Assembly: GCA_051362555.1 (NCBI GenBank)
Contig: CM120643.1
Coordinates: forward strand, 27,594,848-27,658,847
DNA length: 64,000 nucleotides
Direction: 5' to 3'
Source of the DNA: Lingula anatina
Lineage: Eukaryota > Animalia > Brachiopoda
Within the stretch, counting starts at the first letter, position 1; each line of letters starts with the position of its first letter. Positions 26,701 to 38,492 of the stretch are shown one piece after another. The notes below the pieces were generated by a model, which had not been told where the DNA came from, did no database searches, and saw only the letters and a list, made by a program, of their open reading frames with translations. The translations under genes and the position numbers were made by a program.

Positions 26701-29700
26701 AAACTTTTTAATAATTAAAATGTCTTTAATTCCTAAAAAAAGAAAAAAGTGCATTTAGAAAAATGGCAGACAAGTTGATAAATCACTGCATTTTCCAGGC
26801 AAATCCTGTTATTTCGCATTTTTCTTTTTGTTAGTCTTTTTTTCCTCCCACTTTTTTTGTAGAATGAACTTGCAGACTTGCAGTCAGATTTCTCATATTC
26901 CCCTGTCCTCAATGGCTGGAGTAACATCAGTAAGTTTGCACCAAATGAACCATGGCACAAAATTGGAACCCAATAGGAAGAATAGAATCCTTTTGGCTAG
27001 TTTTCACTTCCATCAGTATTATTATTTTTTCCTTTATTTTTTATTTATTGCAGTTTGGGGGGGGGGATTACTTACTGCTATACCTAAAAATATACCAAAA
27101 GATAAGACTTGCGTGGGGAAAAAGTATAAGATGAATACAAATTAACATGGCACTGTCTGTTTTACACTAAGCAATTCATAAATTTTATCTGTATGTCTTA
27201 AAATGTTACACTGTAACCTTTCTATTGGGTCCATTTCTTGTGCCATGTCATTTCAACCTGAGGCAGCTCTAGAGCTGGTTCACTCACATGAGGTCATGGT
27301 ATGCAAACAATTTGTTAATATTGTCATATGATGTTGAAAATGTATGATCCACAGATATTAATGCTATTGTTTTCAGGAAAACATACACAGAGTTTTTATT
27401 TCAGAAGTATTTGGCCCAGCTCCTGCATTTGAATGATGCAGCTTTCATTGCATGCTTCTTTTGTGTTTGCGCTGTTAAATGTAGCGCTAGGCAGATGGTT
27501 CTCTGATCTTTGGCGTGAAATTAGGCAGTTGCTTTTTGCCATCCCACCACTGCCGCCGTATGTAGTAACATTAGCACTGCCACCTGTGCTGCACATTAAA
27601 AGCATATTCTTGTCTGATGTGTTTGATATTTTGTGTTAAATTTATGAGGCAGATCTCAGAGCTGTTGCGTGTACTGTAAGTGAACCACTGAGTACTTTTA
27701 TGTTTTTTTAATGAATGTATGTATCCCAGCTGAATATGTCTTAAATCAAATATCATCCGGGTTTCCCGCTTTTAATCTATGAGGTGATAATTAAGGTAAC
27801 ATTTATGGGAAAAAATTTTGACAGGGTCTGTATAAGTATCAAACAGTTAAGTAATAAAGTAGCAGAGATTGTGCAATTTGTGTGAAGTCTAATAGGTAGG
27901 ACAGCATGTTTCCAAGATAAAAGCAAACCATTCTTTACAGTTACTAAATAAACATTTATTTCAACTGTTTACCTTTTTATTGTTTAAACTGCATTGTTTT
28001 TATGACTACATTTGTAAGAATAATGCTTTCCAACACCATTATGATAGCATTTAACTGCATTTTGAATCTATAACACAATCTAATATAATATTAAGATATT
28101 ATGTTGAGTCCCTTTTCACATCAAAGCAGTACATATTTTCTTCAGTGCACCAGTTGAACTGATCCTAACACGTCACTACACTGAGGGGGGGGGGGGGGGG
28201 GGGGGGTCCACAAGGACCAATGTGGTTTACTGGTCTTGATGAACCTGGAGGCTCCATTTGGGTAACTGTCTTACATAATAACCAGGCTTTTTGCTTGGAA
28301 TCTCTCAGACTTGTGGGATACAGAAAAATGTACTGCACCATGCAAAAAGGGACCTTATATTATGTGTTCCTCAAGTTCTTAATACTCTTATGGCAGTTCA
28401 GCAACAATTAACAATCAAATGACATTGGTTTGGTGCTACTCAGTGATATCAGAGGCCACAGTTATATGTGAAGGCATCCTTGTGGACTTTGAAATACTGG
28501 AGTGTTGATAATTCTAACAGTTAAGCTGTTGTTTGAGGTAACTATTATGGGTACATTCTGTCACCAGAGTTGTGTAACCAGACCACAGTGATAAGATGAC
28601 AATGTTACATGGTATATGCACTCAAACACCCATACTAACCTAAAATTATGATAATTATAACACAACTCTAATATTTAGTTGACTACCATGCCACACAGCA
28701 AAGAGGCACACCAATGGCCCACTTAATTTGGTACATTATGGGGCCTTATTCCTTGGAGTTCTTGGTAAAGATAAGGCCAGTGGCATATGGTAAACTGGGC
28801 GTATGGTAAAACAGCATTAACCTTTATTCACTTAGGTTTAGTGTTGTATTTAGCATGGTGTTAGCAGTGCTGAAGACACTGTGGCACCGGAAAATAATTG
28901 CGTTTGCACCTAATGGGAGCCACATTTTATTCCCAAACAGTGTAGTATCACTGTACCAATGGACTGGCTTTGTATTTTGGGGGACCTTGGTATAAAGCCC
29001 ATGGACCGACTGACCTAATATCAACTGGGGTACCTTCGTATATGGTCCCTAAACAGATTGACCAAATTTCAACTTGGGTACCATGTTATAACTGTGATAT
29101 ATTTCTAATTGGGTGTCACTGGTTTGTTTCCACAGTATAACCCCTATCACACCGTGCACCCCACGGACACTACACTCAAGGGATGGAACTTCTGTAAGTG
29201 GTCATTGAACAAGTTTGGTGTGACTAACCATGTTACACAGGGTGCAGATGAAGGTTTGGACCACTTCACAAGGATCTGGTTTGACTTAATAATTTGAGAT
29301 CAGAATTTTGTCCTCTACAATAAAATAAGCATTGGTCAAAACCATAGGCTATAAATGCTATAGTCCACTAAGTTTTTACTGAGTTGGCTCATAGGAAATT
29401 CAAAATGTTTTGACAGATTCAAGTTTGGCTGTTCTTTCTTTTAGAATTAAACCAGACTTTTCTTGCTCAATTTGTTGAGTGCACAACTTTTCATTTTCTT
29501 GGATGGAGCAGGCCCATGTTTACATCAGATATATTTGATATCAAATGTCATACTCATCTTTGACCAACTTGGTGTTGCCCAAACATCTCTATCTGCACCC
29601 TGGTGTGTTTATATTATTATAGCATCTATAACATCACAGAAGATTATTCTTACTGATGCCTGAACAATATTGTATGATACGGTGGATGAAACAAAAGTTT

Positions 29701-32700
29701 GTTGATTTGAGTTTGTCAGCAGAAATAAGTGAACTTTCACAAGATTTTATGCTTTGCTTTATCTTCAATTTCTGTCAGTGTTTGCCACTTTGTGAAGCTT
29801 GGTTTTGGCAAAAATGTCATTTTATGTATGTCTTGTGTCAAGCCATCTTTTGGTTATACTAATTATTTGAAAGAGTTTTTTTTTTAATAGAAATGTATCA
29901 TTCAAATTCTGTAATTCCTTATCTTCATCTAATAAATATCCAAGTCTTATTTTTGTCCAAAATAGAAATAAAAAACGTTTGAAGATAATAACAAAAACAG
30001 ATAAGCAAAGGTGATTTTTTGCCAGGACTAAGCATAACTTGCATTGATGATTTGTAGAGTTCTTGCATTCACTGCCTAGCTTAATGTGTGGATTTTACAT
30101 TATTTTTAGTTTTGTTAGTTAAAAATTTGTTTACAGATAAATAAAATATGTGGTCCAGACAGATATACCATCTAATGTACAAATCAAATATAGCAATAAT
30201 GATTCCATAGCCCTTTATCTACATCATAGGTCTCCTTTGCATAGTATAAGATTTTTCCTAGAATTTTATATTGGATATATTCTTAAGACAAAACCAGCAT
30301 GAGACAAGGTTTTCTTATGATTTGTTGCTCCTTTTTTTCCCAAATTGCCTGATTAATAATCTAAAATGGTACAAGGCAGTCTTGATTTTTTAAGGTTCTA
30401 GTGTGGATTATAATTTTGAACTGAAATACTGGAAGCATGGGGCAAAAGTTTTGTAAAATGCATCACCATTTGTCAGATACCTCAGTCAAGTTTTGTCTTC
30501 TTGGTGTATGACAACTGTTTATTCAAAGCACATGAAGTTTTTAAGTTTTGTAACCCTTGGTGTCTGATATATTTGCCACAGTTTGTAATATTCTGGATTG
30601 ATGTGGTTGCGTTGAATGCATGGATCAGGAAGGGGGGGGGGTGTATAGAATTTTTTAAAAAGCAAAAGCTGCACCTTTGTCAATTCATGCTAAACTTAGT
30701 TTTACACTGACAAACTTAGTTTTTTTTTTTTTGTTTTTTTTTTGTAGAAAATTGGCAATATTAAAAAATAATTTGAAGGGGGATAAATTTACAAATTTAG
30801 AAATCTGTATACAATTAAATTTTCATGGACATTTTACTGTATGCACATGTTGTTTCTGTTTAGAATTTTGTTAATTTTGTGATAAATCCTAAACCACATT
30901 CACTTCTTGATGTGCATAGTGCGAGCTGTAGTTAAGCAGCCCATGCTTAGAGCTGTACTCACTTTGCTGTGTTTAAGTGTGTGATACTCTAACCCCAGCT
31001 TCTCTGAATATATGTTTACTTAGGAAAATTTTACTTATGACATCTGGTTGAGATCGTGCACAGACTACACATTTATAAATCTATTTTTGACCTTTCATCC
31101 AGAAGTTTGTATTAAGCGTGTATTTTTTCTTTTATTCATTTATTTTCAGAGATTGCTTATGCCTCATCCTCCCTCTCTTGCTGCTGATAGTAGAAAGCAT
31201 TTGAATTCACATCTTTTATTGTGTGATTTATTTCTTTTAGGTCAACAAGTCTGTTGATTTAGCTAACATTGACATTGTTTTATTATAAATTTTTTTATTA
31301 GTTTTGTAAATTATCGACCTTGTAGATTTTTTATCTGAAAACGTTTTTATTGTTTATAAGTAACGTCTAGTCAGATTATTAGTTTTAAAAAAAATGAGAC
31401 ATTTTGCATTATGATCATTTAATTCAATTTAGTAACTAAAAGTTAAGATAATTGGTAAATCAGATGTGAAGTTGAATTATAAGTTAAGTTGAATTTCAAG
31501 TGAAAAGGATTATTCTAATTCATTTTTGTCTATCTGCAGTCATAAAATTTTGATTTATATTAGTAAAAGATTATTTCATGCACTTGCTCAGATGCAGATA
31601 TTTTATTTTCATTTTCAGTCATGGACATTCATGTAAAATAAATAACTCTGTCTGTAAGCAATATTATTTGGTGCTTATATATCTCTGCTGTACTATTATG
31701 TTTATAAGCTGGAGTCAAAGCAAGGCGTTCTAACAGTTGGTCAGAGTATGAAGATGTCAACTACAAGTTTGAGGAGTGGAGAGATCCAGATGAACTGGAG
31801 AAAGAGAGACATGAGTGTAAGATGAGGTAAGTTTGAAGAGTGGAGAGATCTGTATGAGAGAGAGAGAGAGAATTGAGTGTAAGATTAAATGAACAACACA
31901 CTCCTGTGTCAGAAAAAGTAAACAACACCCTTGGTGAGCTAAACTAGTTGTTGTTTGTCTGTCTGTCGTATATATTTTAATCAGTTTTCTACAGAATTAA
32001 ACTGTGTGGTCTGCTTTTATTATGTTAATTGTTACATTTTAACTATGCTCTAAAAGTAGTAGATAAGTAGTTTTTTTTGCCTGGACAGAAAATGTAATGC
32101 ATGGTAAACAAGAATCTACCTTAATTGACTTATATTTATATTTATATGAAAGAGATAAGATATGCTATGCATTCCTAATTCAGGTTACTGGATCCCCGTA
32201 AATTGGTCCAGTACGATTCATTCAAGGAGATCTATGGTAATATCTTGTACCGCTGGGGGTTGAAGGACAAGAGAGCCATGGTACTCAAGTACTGCTATCT
32301 AGAGCCCAAGCCACACAAGGGACTATGTGAGTTTGTGTTGTATTGTACTGCATTGGAATCATTTATATTATAATGTACTGTACCATACCATACCATGCTA
32401 CTTGACTATGTGAGTTTGTATAGTGTTGTACTGCAATATACCACCATACTCTATACTGAAGTGTAATGTATCATACCTTGCCATATTATAGGGACTATGT
32501 GAGTTTGTATAGTATTGTACTGCACTGCAATCATTCATACTATACTGTACTTTACCATAATGACTTGGTTTGTTCTATAGGCAGTGTGTTTCCATGGAAA
32601 ATGGGCACTGTCCAGTTAATGCCAGCAGAGGAAGGATGAGATAAATGTGTGTGATTGTGTATGTGTTGTGTTTCAGTTCAGTTTATACTGACAGAGGAGG

Positions 32701-33625
32701 CACCAGATAAACCATTGTGTGGGTGGGTGGATGGATGGGTGGGTGGGGGCGGGTGTGTTTCAGTTCAGTGTGGATGGGTGGGGGGGTGGGGGCGGGTGGG
32801 TTTGCAGACATGTTTTGTGTTATGTTGCAGGTCAGTTAACCAGCAGAGGAGACAGAAAATAAAACCATGTGTGTGCATGTTTGTGTGTGTTTTGTTTCAT
32901 TTTATTTCATTGACCTCAGAACTGAGAAACAAGTGCTCAAGTGGTAAAATGATGTATTTATGTTTCAGCATTTGTGACCATCTGTTCCTACTGCCGTCAG
33001 GAGACCCGAGTGGGGCAGTGTGGGACGTGTAAGAACTATGGTCTGCAGTGCTCTATATGTCATCTGGCAGTGAGAGGTCAGTGTCAAGGTCATAGTAGAG
33101 GTCAAGGTCATAGTATAGGTCAAGGTCATAAGATTACCAGTAGAATACCGAAATATATTAGCCAAGTGGTACTTTTGTGTATTACTTAATGTACAAAGTC
33201 AAGGGTATAATTCAAGAACTTGATAAAGTTTTTAGAGTTATTATTTATGAGACCTTTTACATCTGTGTAGAATGCACACATGAACATAAACTTTATGTCT
33301 GATGTTTAGTTATGTAAAAAGTTCAGTCCTTATCATAAAAGATAAAAAAAGAAAAGAAGACTGCCTCCAAGTACGAATTACACAGTTGTTTTGATCCAGA
33401 ATAATGTCTTCACTGACTGTTGGCTGTACCTCCACTCTGTGATACCAGTTCTATTCATGTTTCTTAATACCCACCTTTATAATTCCAGGGTGCTCTAACT
33501 TCTGCCTGACATGTGGTCATGGTGGTCACAGCTCTCACATGATAGAGTGGTTCCGTACACACACTGTCTGCCCCACTGGGTGTGGCTGCCGCTGTCTGGA
33601 GGACAACTGGATGTCACCAAGCTGA
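4049..33625 (+). CDS. WDR59: GATOR2 complex subunit WDR59 (WD40 propeller, RWD domain, C-terminal RING/zinc domain), ~1000 aa
   Basis: Exons: 4049-4099, 4566-4615, 5037-5172, 7989-8074, 8385-8465, 9283-9409, 12843-12962, 13492-13569, 15878-16037, 16544-16626, 16910-17212, 17428-17592, 18071-18166, 18335-18488, 18765-18831, 19089-19245, 19745-19923, 20363-20444, 20757-20869, 23156-23306, 29136-29193 (or 26863-26929), 31709-31826, 32184-32326, 32969-33076, 33489-33625. Total 3003 nt, phases consistent. Peptides match WDR59 as I recall it: MSRWSSEYVVAEYRDLQ, HTRVISDLDW, VPQLRRGENSLLLWN, HTFVGHTDVVLEFQWRK, DYQLVTWSRDQSLRIW, DANIPFPRTSGARFC, DVQTLAMLCC, YGNILYRWGL, SNFCLTCGHGGHSSHMIEWF..CPTGCGCRC. 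Confidence 0.97.
5164..5420 (+). repeat. Three degenerate ~115-bp tandem copies spanning the WDR59 exon 3 donor
   Basis: CACTGCG|GTAAGTTGGAAACTAG (5166), CACTGCAGTAAGTAGGAAAACTAG (5283), CACTGTGGTGAAGAGGAAACTGAG (5396), with shared TTTGTAGCCA..CCTGAA..ACCAATT in between. Confidence 0.7.
5857..7934. mobile_element. Non-autonomous hAT-like DNA transposon (~2.08 kb) in WDR59 intron 3
   Basis: TIRs CAGGGGTCGAAATGTT / AACATTTCGACCCCTG, subterminal TTTCCC/GGGAAA motifs at both ends, TAAAT on both flanks (5-bp TSD). Confidence 0.85.
6093..6428 (-). pseudogene. Remnant of hAT transposase C-terminal (dimerisation) region
   Basis: AEWPQLRK...KDIYPNICALLAIVMVLLVRCSICN resembles the hAT motif (F/Y)PNLxxLxxIxLxLPVSTAxCERxFS in decayed form. 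Lies inside the TIR element. Confidence 0.6.
8933..9325 (+). repeat. Five tandem 76-77 bp copies of the WDR59 exon 6 acceptor plus exon start
   Basis: Unit TGTTATATAATTCTATACTCTGTATATCCCCTCAG|TGACCAGAGAC(T/G)TCCCATCAAGTCC(T/C)TGCAGGCAGTGTCTGG. Exon-like starts at 8977, 9053, 9129, 9206, 9283. Confidence 0.95.
9416..12710 (+). mobile_element. Helentron/HINE (DINE-1-like) non-autonomous element, internally duplicated
   Basis: 5' palindrome ATGTACAGACACAGATGTGTCTGTACAT, (GTCGCC)n microsatellite, ~159-bp core repeats, 3' subterminal inverted repeat TGTCTGTACA + small hairpin CAGCTTTGCTG + CTTGT, T-rich flanks, no TSD. Heads at ~9420, ~10831 and a partial one at ~12020. Confidence 0.75.
13784..15411. 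mobile_element. Non-autonomous hAT-like TIR element (~1.63 kb) in WDR59 intron 8
   Basis: TIRs CAGGCATGAGATTT / AAATCTCATGCCTG, TTTTAT on both flanks (6-bp TSD), CpG-rich interior contrasting with host intron. Confidence 0.8.
19238..19460 (+). repeat. ~21-bp degenerate minisatellite made of the WDR59 exon 16 donor site
   Basis: GACCACAGG|GTAAGTGATGTA, GACTGCAGGGTGGGTGATATC, GACCACAGGGTGAGTGATATA, ... about 10 units decaying into the intron. Confidence 0.85.
19622..19805 (+). repeat. 89-bp tandem duplication of the WDR59 exon 17 acceptor plus exon start
   Basis: TATTTGTCATTACAG|AAGAAGCGTGCCCGCAG... occurs twice (exon-like starts 19656 and 19745), bounded by ACCAGA microhomology. Confidence 0.92.
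20702..20753 (+). repeat. (TTTA)n microsatellite forming the acceptor tract of exon 19
   Basis: TATT repeats run directly into TTTCAG|ATG at 20757. Confidence 0.9.
21204..23077 (+). mobile_element. Second copy (diverged) of the HINE-like family seen at 9416-12710
   Basis: Same 5' palindrome and same 3' end TTTTGTCTGTACATTTGACAGCTTTGCTGCCTTGTT. Three ~161-bp core repeats (CAGGTCAAGTTCGAAAATCAGCATGA). Confidence 0.75.
24482..24823. mobile_element. Kolobok-like MITE
   Basis: TIRs AGGGATAATAACTCTTCG / CGAAGAGTTATTATCCCT in a TTAA context. An inverted partial relative lies at ~53417-53585. Confidence 0.65.
25568..25824. mobile_element. Foldback MITE (PIF/Harbinger-like), near-perfect ~257-bp palindrome
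   Basis: GGCTTCGTTCACATGCAATGTCTATTTTCTAAATTCTATTTTCTATTCGCG... mirrored to ...CATTGCATGTGAATGAAGCC, TAA/TTA flanks. Confidence 0.85.
25984..26016 (+). CDS. WDR59: Candidate 33-nt in-frame WDR59 microexon (LARRPRKSYSK)
   Basis: GC-rich island in AT-rich intron bounded by tag and AAG|gtgaat. Phase 0->0, no stop. Acceptor tract is weak. Confidence 0.35.
26863..26929 (+). CDS. WDR59: Candidate alternative (mutually exclusive) WDR59 exon A
   Basis: Strong pyrimidine tract + tag acceptor and gtaagt donor. 67 nt, phase 0->1, open: NELADLQSDFSYSPVLNGWSNI. Same phases as exon 29136-29193. Confidence 0.6.
31765..31886 (+). repeat. ~64-bp degenerate duplication of the 3' half of a WDR59 exon across its donor
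   Basis: AAGTTTGAGGAGTGGAGAGATC...GAGTGTAAGAT (exon) is repeated as AAGTTTGAAGAGTGGAGAGATC...GAGTGTAAGAT starting 2 nt into the intron. Confidence 0.8.
32319..32530 (+). repeat. Three degenerate ~85-bp copies spanning the donor at 32326
   Basis: GACTAT|GTGAGTTTGT...TTGTACTGCA at 32321, 32404 and 32493. Confidence 0.85.
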
Positions 33626-33642
33626 GGATGTCACCAAGCTGA
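33609..33642 (+). repeat. 17-bp tandem duplication containing the WDR59 stop codon
   Basis: GGATGTCACCAAGCTGA x2. Confidence 0.9.
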
Positions 33643-36034
33643 GGATGATGACAATGAGATGACAACTCTATCAGCATGTCTGTGACCCATTTTAAAATGT
33701 GTCCACCTGTTTTACAATTAGCTGAATGTGAAATTAGGGAGACAGATCTTAAAAAAAAAACAATTACATGCCTGTATGCCTACAAGCTGAAGATGGTGAC
33801 AACTAACTGCACATTAGTGTCAAGTTTTAAAACTCATCCATTGGTTTTAGAACCAATTGTATATGATTTTTTTTTAAAGCTGCTGATATATCTAAACCTA
33901 CCTACTCATCCAGGAGAACAACTGGATAAAGCTGGGCTGTGAATGAGAAAAATCCAACCTCATTTCTGTGACTTATTTTTAAAATTGTCAATTTGTAAGT
34001 AAGAGCTATGGAATTGATGAAAAATGCAGAAAAGCCATACAAAGGGTATGATGGTGAGAAGCTGTGATGTCACATATTTAGAGCAAATTGGAATGTGAAC
34101 TGGAAAATTGGAATATTTAGAGCAAATTGGAATGTGAATATTGAGGAGGGTCAGTAGATCTACCCCCTCCTTCTGTGCTGTTTGAAACTGCATCATACCA
34201 AACACTTGGGAGATTAAAGAGACAAAGTGAAGGATGTAAAACAGCCCTCTGTATTATATGCCTAAATGGACAGGAGAAAGTACTGTTTACCCCAGGAAAA
34301 TTGTATTTGTATTAATATTTCATGGGAAAATCCTACATTGTGCACCTTTCAATCTCCCTTCAGTTTTCCTGTTTAGTTACGTTAAAAGCTTATTTGTGAA
34401 CCATTTAGATGCAAATTATAAAAGGTTGGTGTCAAAGTAAAACAATACACAGTCATGTTAAGAGTCATACCATGATCACAGACTATAACTCATTTCACAG
34501 GACACTTTACCACAAGAAACTGAAAAGAAAAACCAATATGTTTTGGTAACAGCTGAATTATACTTGTTTTAATTTTGAACATAATGAAAGAAAACGCATG
34601 TACAAGTAGTATGCATTTGACTTTTTATAGTGCTTGGACTTTTTATTACAAAATTTGATTTGGTTAAAGATACGCATGATAGTTTTTTTAATTTGATATA
34701 AGCTTATTGTTTGAAAATTACTTTGTTCTCAATTTTTGAAGGAGAATTAATCTGAATATTAAGTTGCAGCACATAATGGAAAAAGTGGGCAGTACATTTA
34801 GTTATTAGTTTCATTGATAAAATTCATCAGTCACCTTATCATGCTCATTGCACAGTGTTAGTTGTAATTAGAAATGTAAAGATATTTATTATGCAAATGA
34901 GCTGGTCTCATTTCTGTAAAGATCTAGAAGTCGTAACTTAGATGGTGAAGGTTTAGTTTTAGAGAGACAGTTTGTCTCTTGCATGCTAAGAAATAGCAAA
35001 TTGATATTTCAAAACTTAAAGAATGTTCATGTAAGTTAAGGACCAGGCAGTTTCTCTGGATATTTGCCTGTACCTGCAAATATTAGCACGATAAAAAGAA
35101 AAACCAAATTATTTATTATAATCAAACTTACTAGAATGATTCCTAGGACTAATAGTTTAAAAATTCTAATAGTTCAAAAATTATCCGGATTTATAGTTTA
35201 TACGTTTTTAAAAATTTTATTTCATTTTACAAATTCCTGTGTTCATGTAACTGAATTTCTCTGGTTGGGAAAACCTGAGCTTGTTACATTTGCTGAATAT
35301 CTACAGCAGCAATACATGGTTAAAAATTGGTGATGATGATGCTGTTAAGCATTATGGAATATTGCATCAAAATTGAAAAAGTAATTGTTCACTGTCATCA
35401 TAAATAAAAGGTAAAAAAAACTGTTACTTCTTATTCTAATATTTACAGGACTGGCACCAGGGACAAAAACGCAGCTCGAGTTCGATTGAATATTTATATA
35501 GTTCTTTTCATTCTAAGATTTACATTTCTGATTTTATTTGACTTATTACAGTTAATCAACCAACACTATCAAACAAATAAATGTAACAATGCAGCATCCT
35601 CTTCCCTGCTTATCGTATTACTTACACTTATTTATTCCATTTGCAGTACCTCCCCATTTTACTTAAGGAAATTATTTTTACCACACATTTCCTTCAGGAG
35701 TTGCTTGCTAGATGTAATTAAATGAATGTGCTTTGGCCCCATGCTGTATCCACTTTGCATTTTGTTCAGATAACATAGGCAGTTCCTTCACCTGCCTGTT
35801 ATGTAAACTCTAAAGGTTTGGCTCATTCTGACTTGGGATGGGATATATACAGGTACTGTCACAACTACTGTACAGTATTCTCGATAAGAAAAGAGATACT
35901 GTCACAACTACCGCATTCTGATTAAGGTCCCTTCTTTTAAGAGTTAAAACTACACCTATGTCAAAGAACAAACAATTATTCGTGCAATGGTAAAACACAA
36001 CTGAGGATAATATAAATTAAGCATTATTTTTATT

Positions 36035-36320
36035 CAATGGTGGATTTAGAAGGGGGTCCTGACACACCCCTTCGGTTTCTGAAAAACATGTCACACCAAT
36101 ATTCCCCTCTTGAAATTAGTATTTTGACTAGCCGAATCATAATGCTAAACTGTTCTAAAGGGCACCGTTTGCCCTCTAAAACACCAAAAAATTTTCGTGG
36201 ACCTTGAGCAGGCCCAGAACCCCACGCCAAGGGGGTGATGATCGGCTTCGCATCCGAGGCCAGTTGTTCCGCCCCCCCCCTCCCCTCCCCCCACTTCAAG
36301 TAATCCTGGATCCGCCCCTC
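36035..36320. mobile_element. Degenerate short TIR element
   Basis: Ends TGGTGGATTTAGAAGGGG ... CCTGGATCCGCCC resemble common GGCGGATCCAG-ended MITEs. TIR match is imperfect. Confidence 0.45.
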
Positions 36321-37956
36321 TTTAGTACGACACTAAATATGATCGATGTAGGCGATGATATTTAAGCTCCAATTATTGTACCACCAGCGTTAGCGCTGGC
36401 GGTACACATGGTTTCGGTCTCGTCCGGATCGTTCCGCCGGCTCCGCCGGCTCCGCCGGCTCCGCCGGCTCCGCCGGACGGCTACCGTTACCGCTTCTCCT
36501 CCTAGACGGTAAGGCCCCCCATACCCATCTCATGGATTTAGGTCACCTATAATCTCAACTCGTTCCACGTAAAATTTGGGCTTTGTCGGTATTGGGGTCT
36601 GGGTGTGGCACTCATTGCAATGCACCCTTGTCCAAAAATGGCAAAATTAAATGCTAATTATCTACCCTACGGAAGGAGTTACGGGAAAAATTTCTACAGA
36701 CGGCTTTCCAAAAGTCATATGTGTAGATTTCAAATATACCCTCGGATTTGACCTTTGACCTTTACTTCAAGGTCAAATGGGCCAAAATTTTCAAAAAAAT
36801 GAAATTTTTTACGAAAAAAAAATTTTTTGCCCTGTTATTCAGACACCACACAGACTTAACCAATAATATTATTGGAAAGTGTTACCCTTCAGGTCATCTT
36901 TCATCTCCGTGAATTTGGGGTCAATCGGTGCATTTTCACAGGAGTAGCGGCCATAAGATACCGAAACTGAAAACTGTCTCTAATTCGGGAACCGTTAATG
37001 CTAGAGACCCATTCTTTTTTGCATTTTGTAGAGCATGTAAAGCCCAACACTGGAAGTGGTCTCGGTTTTTTTGTATTCCATACGGTTTTCGAGTTACGCT
37101 GTATCAAAAAGTACATATTGGTGGTGAAAGGAAAATGTACGGAAGCCCACTGGTGCCATATGTAGAAAAAAAAATTATCTCGAAATTTCGAGATACTATT
37201 TTGAAATTTGAACAAAAAAATTTACCACCAGCGTTAGCGCTGGCGGTACACATGGTTTCGGTTCCGTCCGGTCCGTTCCGCCGGCTCCGCCGCCATGTTA
37301 CCGTTACCGCTTCTCCTCCTAGACGGTAAGGGCCCCCGTACCCATCTCATGGATTTAGGTCACCTATAATCTCAACTCGTTCCACGTAAAATTTGGGCTT
37401 TGTCGGTATTGGGGTTTGGGTGTGGCACTCATTGCAATGCACCCTTGTCTAAAAATGGCAAAATTAAATGCTAATTATCTACCCTACAGAAGGAGTTACG
37501 GGAAAAATTTCTATAGACGGCTTTCCAAAAGTCATATGTGTAGATTTCAAATATACCCTCGGATTTGACCTTTGACCTTTACTTCAAGGTCAAATGGGTC
37601 AAAATTTTCAAAAAAATGAAATTTTTTACGAAAAAAAATTTTTTTGCCCTGTTATTCAGACGCCACACAGACTTAACCAATAATATTATTGGAAAGTGTT
37701 ACCCTTCAGGTCATCTTTCATCTCCGTGAATTTGGGGTCAATCGGTGCATTTTCACAGGAGTAGCGGCCATAAGATACCGAAACTGAAAACTGTCTCTAA
37801 TTCGGGAACCGTTAATGCTAGAGACCCATTCTTTTTTGCATTTTGTAGAGCATGTAAAGCCCAACACTGGGGGTGGTCTCGGTTTTTTTGTATTCCATAC
37901 GGTTTTCGAGTTACGCTGTATCAGAAAGTACATATTGGTGGTGAAAGGAAAATGTA

Positions 37957-38244
37957 CGGAAGCCGACTGGTGCCATATGTAGAAAAAAAAATTATCTCGA
38001 AATTTCGAGATACTATTTTGAAATTTGAACAAAAAAAATTTTTATCTCGAAATTTCGAGATAGCATTTTGAAATTTGAACAAAAAAAAAATTATCTCGAA
38101 ATTTCGAGATAGCATTTTGATATTTGAGCAAAAAAATTTATCTCGAAATTTCGAGATAGTATTTTGAAATTTGAACAAAAAAAATGCTATCTCAAAATTT
38201 CGAGATAATTTTTTTTTTCAACATATGGCACCAGTCGGCTTCCG
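37957..38244. mobile_element. TA-flanked MITE with internal palindromic repeats, nested in the HINE
   Basis: TIRs CGGAAGCCGACTGGTGCCATATGT / ACATATGGCACCAGTCGGCTTCCG, TA both sides, five TATCTCGAAATTTCGAGATA-type palindromes. Truncated left half at ~37140-37222. Confidence 0.85.
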
Positions 38245-38492
38245 TAAAAATGTGCAGTACGGTAATGGATAATAAATTTTGAACTCCGGAAAAATAAAAC
38301 ATAATGCTTGGCAAAGCAGACAACTTGTGGTCAAAAATGACATTATTTTATCAAATTTAAACTTCTGCAACTTCAGAGAACCTCCCATTTCAAGAACTTT
38401 GACCAAAATGACCTTTTCTTTATTTTAATTAATTTTTTCTGTAGGAAATTTATGGCACATTATGGTAACTCCAAAATTATAACATTTAGTCC

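Noticed and set aside
28185-28206. 22-nt poly-G run as a functional G-quadruplex
   Set aside because: Similar G/C homopolymers recur throughout the window (13819, 43115, 54581, 56368) with no positional pattern.
33075-33130. AGGTCA direct repeats as nuclear receptor response elements
   Set aside because: TGACCTTGA-type motifs are common in repeats across this window, and this cluster may just be another donor-derived repeat. No independent evidence of function.
36901-38178. Duplicated 104-133 aa ORFs
   Set aside because: They lie within the duplicated head of a non-autonomous element and a nested palindromic MITE; similarity reflects DNA duplication, not coding constraint.
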